Shown here: piece after piece, positions 9,664 to 14,966 of the stretch
Layout: every line of letters begins with the position of its first letter
Position numbering within the stretch: position 1 is the first letter of the stretch
From: Leptolyngbyaceae cyanobacterium RU_5_1
GTDB lineage: Bacteria; Cyanobacteriota; Cyanobacteriia; Leptolyngbyales; Leptolyngbyaceae
Reading direction: 5' to 3'
Length of the DNA: 14,966 bases
NCBI GenBank assembly: GCA_012034055.1
Contig: JAAUSG010000128.1
Span: 1-14,966, forward strand
Notes under the pieces: generated by a model
What the model saw: only the letters and a program-made list of their open reading frames with translations
What the model was told of the DNA's origin: nothing
Databases searched by the model: none
Translations under genes and position numbers: made by a program

Positions 9664-9774
9664 AGATGCACCGAACTATCCAGACGATTTCTACCCAGCT
9701 CAGGATGGTGTACAGAGGCTAAAAGTCAAAAATCAATTTCTACTGGCAGAGCTGAGAAACGTCGAACCTGGTGA

Positions 9775-10137
9775 ATGGCGAAAAGTTTATCAAGTCAAGA
9801 TGGAGCAACTAATCAAATGGCAATCCCGGTAATCGCGATAGTTTTGAGGCTGGCAGAGCGGACAGAAATTGAACGCTGGGTTGCTGTGATGAGTCTGGGA
9901 ATTTGTGCAGCGATCGCAGACGGCAGTATGAGCATTGAGACAGCCGAATCCCGACTGTTTAATCCCCGAACACTAGTACCTCACGGCATAAATCAGCCAA
10001 CCGTAGAGACGTTACATGTAACGTCTCTAGAGGGTCAACGGTTGTTAAACTTATGCCGTAGACTACTAGGGATTTTAAGCGAACTGGAACATTCAGGTCG
10101 TTCCAACTCCCAGGCTCAGCAATGGATGCAGACTTGA
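9775..10137 (+). CDS. hypothetical protein (weak call)
   Basis: A 120-codon ORF with no motif I recognise. It contains a 26-bp perfect palindrome, so the opposite strand encodes the same LETLHVTSL peptide. It may be spurious or a remnant. Confidence 0.25.
   Translation: MAKSLSSQDGATNQMAIPVIAIVLRLAERTEIERWVAVMSLGICAAIADGSMSIETAESRLFNPRTLVPHGINQPTVETLHVTSLEGQRLLNLCRRLLGILSELEHSGRSNSQAQQWMQT
10004..10029. repeat. 26-bp perfect palindrome TAGAGACGTTACA|TGTAACGTCTCTA
   Basis: Read directly. Both half-sites are exact reverse complements. Confidence 0.95.
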
Positions 10138-10207
10138 GGAAGAATGGGTTGCGATCGCCTACCTGCTGCGATTTCCTTTCCAATGTGCTTTGATTGGGCA
10201 AAGTGAA

Positions 10208-10315
10208 TTAGAGAGTATTGTCTGCGATGTTAATCACGTCGTGAACTGTTTGAGGCAATCGCGCATCATTTGTAACCCACCAGAGGGGAGTGTGGGTGTC
10301 AAGTAAGGCTTTCAT
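10208..10315 (-). pseudogene. VapC/PIN-domain toxin N-terminal remnant (35 codons)
   Basis: MKALLDTHTPLWWVTNDARLPQTVHDVINIADNTL* matches the typical VapC start (MKxLLDTHxxLWW...D..L), including the first catalytic Asp. It stops where full-length PIN proteins continue for ~100 aa. I found no antitoxin ORF in any upstream frame. Confidence 0.5.
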
Positions 10316-10530
10316 AGTAGCGTTGCTGCCAATCCACGAACCGCGATCAACCCTCATTCCAGCAAGTGCGATCGCGGCGAGTGCGCGATCGCAACTTACC
10401 CATAGGAGCTTAAGACGCCTAACCCATCCTTTTAGATCACACAGTGCTGCTCCACAACCTAGTTTCAACTTCAACGGTTGCATCTGACTTAAGCAAGCGG
10501 GGTGACTGGGAGTGCGTCATCCGTTTTGGA

Positions 10531-10833
10531 TGCTGGATAACTCCGGAGTCCAGGGTGTTATCCGTCAAAAATGCTGGATAACACCCCCTATTTCCAGACT
10601 TAACCTGCAAATCTGCCGGATAACATCTCAAAAGTCGGACTTAACCCGCAATTTTTTGGTTTAAATCCTGAAAACTTGGGGATTATCCAGCAAATGTGCA
10701 ATACAACCGTGGAAATCGAGGATGTTATCCAGCAGATTTGCCACTGATTACCTAGTTATGCGGCTTCAAGTTATTTGTGAAGGCAATACATCCAGGTTGT
10801 CTAGCTGAGTTCACAGCCTCAGGATGTTATCAG
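10531..10833. repeat. Phased array of TGCYGGATAAC(A) motifs: three direct copies, then two to three inverted copies
   Basis: Direct copies: 10531-10541, 10572-10583, 10614-10625 (spacing 41 and 42 bp). Inverted copies: 10683-10692 and 10723-10734 (spacing 42 bp). Weaker copies: 10557-10564 and 10823-10833. There is a 20-bp inverted repeat with one mismatch (10608-10627 vs 10721-10740) and a 14-bp direct repeat GACTTAACCYGCAA (10597-10610 and 10638-10651). Confidence 0.8.
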
Positions 10834-10870
10834 TCAGTAACAGCAGGTAAAGTTGATAAGGAGCTAAGTA

Positions 10871-11680
10871 TTGAGCTTTATGCAACCAATTCAAGCCGAT
10901 CAACTCATACCGCTCTCGATTTCAGACAGATTTCAATTGATTGAAGAGTATGCAAAATTGGTTACTGTACCTGCTGAATTGAACTCCGATCTACATCGTG
11001 CTTACCAGATTGCAGCCGTACTCACACCAGCCTTACCTAACTTTATCCAATACCAGATTCAAGTAGATATTTCTCACGGATCTATTTTTGAGGGGGATCG
11101 CCAATCTACAGCGATTTCAAATGAGTGTGAACAGTTTGCAAATCGCTTTATCGACACCATCCCATCATTAGTCAGATCTCCAGCAGAAATGGAAGTCAAC
11201 CCACGTAATCTTTACGAACTGTGCGGAGCCGCAGTCTTTGTTGAAAGCAATTCAATCTCCAGACAGTTAAGTAGACCGATGGGAGATCTTTGGGAGACAA
11301 TCGCTAACATTAGTCCCTATGCGATCAGCCCAGAAAAAGACTTTGGGATCAAAATTACGGGTATTGATTCAGTTCTTCTGCGTCAAGGAAAAGGTGCCCC
11401 TGTATTTGTACAAATCAAAACACAGCGGAATACCCTCACAGGAAGTCAAGCACCGAGATCAAGAAGTGAGCTAGAATTTCATCAGAATCGACTTTTCGCA
11501 GCCGCTTTTTGTACAGGAGGTAATTGGACGTTCTCAAGCACAAGTATTCGCCGCGCTTGTGGTGCTGAATTTTGGTCTATGGTAGGACTTGATTATGAGT
11601 TACTGAAGTTTCATGTAAAGCAGATGATACTCAAAATTCAAGCCGCTTACATAGACTTTCAACAGAAGACTCCCTTGTGA
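10871..11680 (+). CDS. hypothetical protein; candidate Type II restriction endonuclease partner of the adjacent C5 methyltransferase
   Basis: AAGGAG lies 7 nt upstream of TTG 10871. The gene is convergent with the MTase, with stops 19 bp apart, and shares its AT-rich composition. It has a PD-(D/E)XK-like arrangement: ...LWETIAN...ITGIDSVLL-x12-VFVQIKTQRNT (D...QxK). I see no similarity to a named enzyme. Confidence 0.6.
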   Translation: MSFMQPIQADQLIPLSISDRFQLIEEYAKLVTVPAELNSDLHRAYQIAAVLTPALPNFIQYQIQVDISHGSIFEGDRQSTAISNECEQFANRFIDTIPSLVRSPAEMEVNPRNLYELCGAAVFVESNSISRQLSRPMGDLWETIANISPYAISPEKDFGIKITGIDSVLLRQGKGAPVFVQIKTQRNTLTGSQAPRSRSELEFHQNRLFAAAFCTGGNWTFSSTSIRRACGAEFWSMVGLDYELLKFHVKQMILKIQAAYIDFQQKTPL

Positions 11681-11699
11681 CAGGAATAAAAAAATTGCT

Positions 11700-13130
11700 T
11701 TATATCAGAGATAGGGACAGTTGTTTTATGGAACTAGAATGGGAGTTTTCTAAAACATCTATTTCCCAACTAATATCATTAGTCTTTAGATATCGAGAGT
11801 AGGGAAAATCCTTAAAAACAATTGGCTCCACCCCGTTCAAGTGGTTTACTAACGTCCTACCAATTGCCCGACCAAGAGAACAAGGGACGGCATTGCCAAC
11901 CTGTCGATATTGATCAAGCAGACTACCCTCAATAATCCAATCATCAGGGAATTCTTGTATACGTTTATACTCCTGAATACTAAGAGGTCGATCCTCTTCT
12001 GGATGTGCTAAATCTGTTGCAGGCATTGCTGGGTGAGTAACGAGTGTAGGAGAAGGTTTATCCCAAGCTAATCTCCGATAAAAACCTGTTTTTCCACCTC
12101 CGGCATGATATGACGCTCCTAATGCCTCTTGTTGCAAGTTCACCGGTAGATCACGCCAGTATTGCCCAGGCTTGAGAAGTCGATAATATTTGAGGCGCTT
12201 ATCTGGAAATTTAACAAAATTGTGTCGATCTTTCGGCAGTCCTGTCAGTGCATCTCTGAGGGTCTTCCACTTCGGTAGTTCATATAAGCCTTTCTCAGAA
12301 TGAGTAGGCGTGAGGTAGGGGAGCCTTTCTCCATCTCGACTACAAATAATAACGACTCTTTCTCGTTGCTGAGGTGAGCCAAAATTAGCTGAATTGTATA
12401 GGTTGAAAGACACACCATAACCTGCATCTTTCAACTTACGAATGATGTTGAGAAGTGCTCCTCCTCTTTGTTCTTCCTGAGAAAGTGGTGGATATTGACT
12501 TCCTCTCATTTCATGGGGTCTGTGCTTTAACGGAGCAGATAATAACCCTCGGACGTTTTCGATAATTGCAAATTTAGGTCTGAGTTCAATAATCAAATCG
12601 ACAAACATTAGAAATACATTGCCCCGCTCATCATTGAAACCTTGTCTCTTACCAGCACTACTAAAAGCTTGGCATGGTGGACCACCAACCATTACATCAA
12701 TATCTTCTTGAGGTGTTAGTCCTGCTTTTTCTCTGATCTTGCTAGCTGAATAGTCTCTGATATCGCCAATTAGAGCGATATCAGGTTTATTCGTTTCGAT
12801 TGTCCTTCGTGCTGCTTTATCTACTTCGCAAGCAAGGATTACTTCAATTCCTTCTTTTTCCAGCCCCAAATCAAGTCCCATGCAGCCAGAAAAGAAGCTT
12901 AACGCCTTCAAAGTAGGTTTGCTAGAAGACCGTCTCTCATGATCTGGAACAACAGAATCTGGTTCATTTTCTTTATAGCGATATTCATTAGCCGATTTTG
13001 ATGCGATCACCCATCTATTACTGACCAATTCTCCGCTGAGTTCACCACTCCTAAGCAGCTTGCGAACATATTGTTCTGAATAACCAAGCATTTCAGAGGT
13101 TTCTTTTACAGAAAAATATCCTGTGGACAT
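11700..13130 (-). CDS. DNA (cytosine-5)-methyltransferase with N-terminal excisionase/MerR-type helix-turn-helix
   Basis: C5-MTase motifs are present in order: I FFSGCMGLDLG, II ACEVD, IV GGPPCQAFS, VI ENVRGLLS, VIII QQRERVVII, IX RRLAWDKPSPTLVT, X QVGNAVPCSLGRAIG. The N-terminal ~50 aa (FSVKETSEMLGYSEQYVRKLLRSGELSGELVSNRWVI) fit the HTH_17/excisionase pattern. Start placed at ATG 13130; the 21 extra codons of the ORF-track start run through the promoter. Confidence 0.92.
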   Translation of the reverse strand: MSTGYFSVKETSEMLGYSEQYVRKLLRSGELSGELVSNRWVIASKSANEYRYKENEPDSVVPDHERRSSSKPTLKALSFFSGCMGLDLGLEKEGIEVILACEVDKAARRTIETNKPDIALIGDIRDYSASKIREKAGLTPQEDIDVMVGGPPCQAFSSAGKRQGFNDERGNVFLMFVDLIIELRPKFAIIENVRGLLSAPLKHRPHEMRGSQYPPLSQEEQRGGALLNIIRKLKDAGYGVSFNLYNSANFGSPQQRERVVIICSRDGERLPYLTPTHSEKGLYELPKWKTLRDALTGLPKDRHNFVKFPDKRLKYYRLLKPGQYWRDLPVNLQQEALGASYHAGGGKTGFYRRLAWDKPSPTLVTHPAMPATDLAHPEEDRPLSIQEYKRIQEFPDDWIIEGSLLDQYRQVGNAVPCSLGRAIGRTLVNHLNGVEPIVFKDFPYSRYLKTNDISWEIDVLENSHSSSIKQLSLSLI

Positions 13131-13164
13131 GAGTTTCGCCTGCGAAACTAGAATTAGGTACCCT

Positions 13165-13193
13165 ACCCTAAGACAAGTACAGTTGTTTTGCAA
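13165..13193 (-). promoter_or_regulatory. Candidate sigma70-type promoter of the methyltransferase
   Basis: The minus strand reads TTGCAA (13193-13188), then 17 nt, then TAGGGT (13170-13165), about 35 nt upstream of ATG 13130. This is pattern match only. Confidence 0.3.
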
Positions 13194-13226
13194 GTCCTAT
13201 AAGCTTCTGAGTCCTATAAGCTTCTG
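13193..13226. repeat. Perfect 17-bp tandem duplication AGTCCTATAAGCTTCTG x2
   Basis: Read directly (13193-13209 and 13210-13226). Each copy contains an AAGCTT palindrome, and the repeat abuts the putative -35. Confidence 0.95.
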
Positions 13227-13265
13227 TGTTAGTGCTATAGTTTCCCAAATGCCGACAGCCGTATA

Positions 13266-13879
13266 ATCGGGTAACCGGGGGATTTTCTCCCTCAGTCCCC
13301 ACAGCACCCCACGTGCGGATCCGCATGGGGCGCTTCCTCAAAGAGGTTTAGACAATTCAGTTCCGAAGCACTGATGTCCAGGGTTGGCTACACAATTAAG
13401 CGCCGACCATTCAGCTCCCCCGTCCAGGTTCATCGCCCCGTCGAGCTTTGCGGCTCCTCCCTGCTCTTTGAAGTTCAGCCCTTCACCTTGTTTCATCCTT
13501 ACGATGAGCGTTTGGCTACTCTGGCCTCTGCTGACTTCTGCTCAATCATGACTGGCGTTGCCACCCTTCACGCTGCCTGTATTCCCCTAGGGTTCTGTGG
13601 GGTGTCGATTCGTTTCCAAATCGCCCTCAGTCCGACTCCCATAGGTTCACAGACCGCCTCTTGAGCAGATCTCCCCAGATCACCGTGAACTGTCGCTGCA
13701 CAACCGCGTCATTTACTGTGTCCCTTGAACCAAAAGGCTTTGTGATGTTGTGCTCACTTGCCACAGGGATCTCAGCCTGCTATGACATTTCTGTCCGTCG
13801 GCTCGCAGCTTTGCCGCCAGCTTCCTGCAGACCCTTCCTCGCGGAAACGCCCTTGCCTTAAGCTAGTCGTTATCGTCAC
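13266..13879 (-). mobile_element. ORF-less group II intron-like ribozyme (3' end well defined, 5' end uncertain)
   Basis: The minus-strand RNA at 13334->13303 reads AGCGCCCCA-UGCG-GAUC-CGCA-CG-UGGGGUGCU, which is domain V architecture with an AGC triad and a 2-nt bulge. The RNA at 13300->13269 folds as a hairpin with one bulged A (opposite t13272), 7 nt before a terminal ...GAU at 13266; this fits domain VI with a branch-point A and a 3' AY. There is no minus-strand ORF of 60 aa or more in the region. There is no canonical GUGYG; the nearest match is GUGAC at 13879. Confidence 0.6.
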
Positions 13880-14213
13880 TCGATTTTTCGATCATTTGGA
13901 CATGGCGTGAATATCCCGATAGTTGAAATGTAGTTGTTTGCATATGAACTTACGGCTGCTGCTGCCGGAAGCGTTCAGGCCGTGCGCGCCGACCTCCGCT
14001 GATGTGAGCGCCGCCTGCCGGCCCTATTGGAGGCAAAATGCCGCTGCGTATCACAATTTTGTGACAGCGCAGATACGATCATGCCGCCCGACCGCAACGA
14101 CGCGTGCGGACGCATCGCCATGCTGGTCGCGATCCTTTCGCCGTCGGCCGTTTCGTGCATAGTCTGGCGCAAGCGCACTATCACCACGGAATCGAGGAAG
14201 ACGGGCCAGCGAA

Positions 14214-14686
14214 ATGTGGAACCTGTTCAACCAGCGCCGCGAATTGGATGCGGAGGTCTTCGCGAAGCTGCGTCCGGGCGACCTGTTCGGCAGCGAACAG
14301 CAGGCGACGCGGCGGCCGGAGTATCTCGTACGGTATCTCGTGCTGGCGAATGCGTCGGTGCTCACATTCTTCGCCGTCGTGCTGTCCCGCGTGGGCGCCG
14401 AGTTGCCGGCATACCCGGACATCTATGCCGCCGTGTGGCTGACCGGCGTCGGTATCGCGATCGCGGCGGGCGCGTGGACGCTGATGAAGCTCTCGCGCCG
14501 GGGTCGAAGCCCAGGCGCTCGCTCACGGCACCGGCGGCATGTGCGTCCGAGCTGTCGCCGGCGGTGCGAACCCTCATGAAGAAGGCGGCGGTCAAGAAGC
14601 TCCTCGCCATCCGCATCCTGATCGTCTCGGCGTTGTCCGGCTTTATCGGCTTCTATCTCGGCCTCAAGGGCCTGTTCCTGCTTTAG
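14214..14686 (+). pseudogene. GC-rich hypothetical membrane protein; coding signal hops frames twice
   Basis: G/C at the third codon position is strong in the frame of 14214 up to ~14500 (MWNLFNQRRELDAEVF...VLTFFAVVLSRVG...GVGIAIAAGAWTLMKLS). It then moves to the frame of 14503 (VEAQALAHGTGG...). From ~14573 it moves to a third frame (LMKKAAVKKLLAIRILIVSALSGFIGFYLGLKGLFLL*). No family recognised. Confidence 0.3.
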
Positions 14687-14690
14687 CCCG

Positions 14691-14966
14691 TCATTCGCGG
14701 AGCCAGCGCCGGCAGGCCTCGATCAAGGCTGCAGGATCGCCGTCTTCGGCGAGGTCGAGGGCGCGAGGCCGCCCACGCAAGACCGTCGCGCCCGACTGGG
14801 CAGCGATGTCGCTGACCGCCTCGAAGGACGGCCCGTCGTAGCGAATGATCTCTAGCCCCTGGCGGAGCGCGGCCAGCGCGTGCCCGGCATGGCGCCGCAG
14901 TCGAGCACGCCCTCGATCGCCGCGTCGGGATGATCTTCGGCGCCATGCGGAGGACGGCCTGGAACC
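14691..14966 (-). pseudogene. 3' part of a GC-rich gene of unknown function, runs off the window; frame hops
   Basis: The minus frame ending in TGA (14693-14691) reads ...HALAALRQGLEIIRYDGPSFEAVSDIAAQSGATVLRGRPRALDLAEDGDPAALIEACRRWLRE* with high GC3. Further upstream the GC3 signal moves to two other frames (PDAAIEGVLDCGAMPG, then FQAVLRMAPKII). The ORF-track entry 14683..14946 is a different, Arg-rich frame. Confidence 0.3.

Noticed and set aside
9635-9831. 65-codon open frame after the DUF255 stop (…EDAPNYPDDFYPAQDGVQRLKVKNQFLLAELRNVEPGEWRKVYQVKMEQLIKWQSR*)
   Set aside because: It reads protein-like but has no ATG, GTG or TTG start before the late internal Met, and I recognise no motif. 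It is possibly a gene remnant and cannot be supported as a feature.
10437-10631. 64-aa minus-strand ORF
   Set aside because: It lies in the repeat array, and its repeated CYPA peptide is simply the translated GGATAAC motif. It is not coding.
10531-10833. CRISPR array or DnaA-box/oriC interpretation of the phased repeats
   Set aside because: It is not CRISPR: the conserved units are only 11-12 nt, they occur in both orientations, and no cas genes are nearby. It is probably not oriC: the motif TTATCCAGCA differs from TTATCCACA by an extra base, no dnaA or dnaN is nearby, and there is no obvious AT-rich unwinding element. This remains only a minor alternative.
13374-13861. Plus-strand ORFs 13374..13664 (96 aa) and 13661..13861 (66 aa)
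   Set aside because: They are antisense to the intron-like RNA. They have no ribosome-binding site and no motifs, and their Cys/Pro/Ser-rich composition is better explained by structured non-coding RNA.
13880-13950. Terminator-type hairpin as a class C group II intron homing site
   Set aside because: Only a 4-bp TCGA/TCGA stem (TCGAAAAATCGA) precedes the putative 5' junction. That is too weak to support the idea.
14051-14064. TCACAA-TT-TTGTGA inverted repeat upstream of the GC-rich ORF, considered as a possible operator
   Set aside because: It has only 6-bp arms and the half-site order is reversed relative to CRP-type sites. That is too little evidence.
14027-14686. 219-aa ORF taken as a single gene
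   Set aside because: Most of it is Arg/Ala/Gly-rich with poor third-position GC. Only the last ~36 codons carry coding periodicity, and the real signal upstream lies in other frames.

Overview
Most of the window (about 1-10.2 kb) looks like ordinary cyanobacterial chromosome. I count 24 copies of the HIP1 octamer GCGATCGC in the first ~10.4 kb, and there are five short heptamer (STRR-like) tandem arrays. The genes here are a 5'-truncated S8 protease with a P-domain, an Slt70-like lytic transglycosylase, pepA, purD, a DUF3110 protein and a DUF255/thioredoxin-domain protein. Two of these are broken by single-base frame shifts (three breaks in total). From ~10.2 kb the sequence becomes accessory. 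It holds a 35-codon VapC/PIN remnant and a ~300-bp array of TGCYGGATAAC motifs phased at 41-42 bp in both orientations. Next comes a visibly AT-richer, HIP1-free Type II restriction-modification pair: a PD-(D/E)XK-like ORF convergent with a C5 cytosine methyltransferase that carries an N-terminal HTH. A perfect 17-bp tandem duplication sits on the methyltransferase promoter. Upstream of it lies a ~610-nt non-coding stretch whose minus-strand RNA has the hallmarks of group II intron domains V and VI, with no intron-encoded protein. At ~13.95 kb composition switches abruptly to very GC-rich DNA whose coding signal hops between frames; this is either a chimeric join or foreign decayed DNA. No tRNA, rRNA or CRISPR array was recognised. 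All compositional statements are by eye, not computed.
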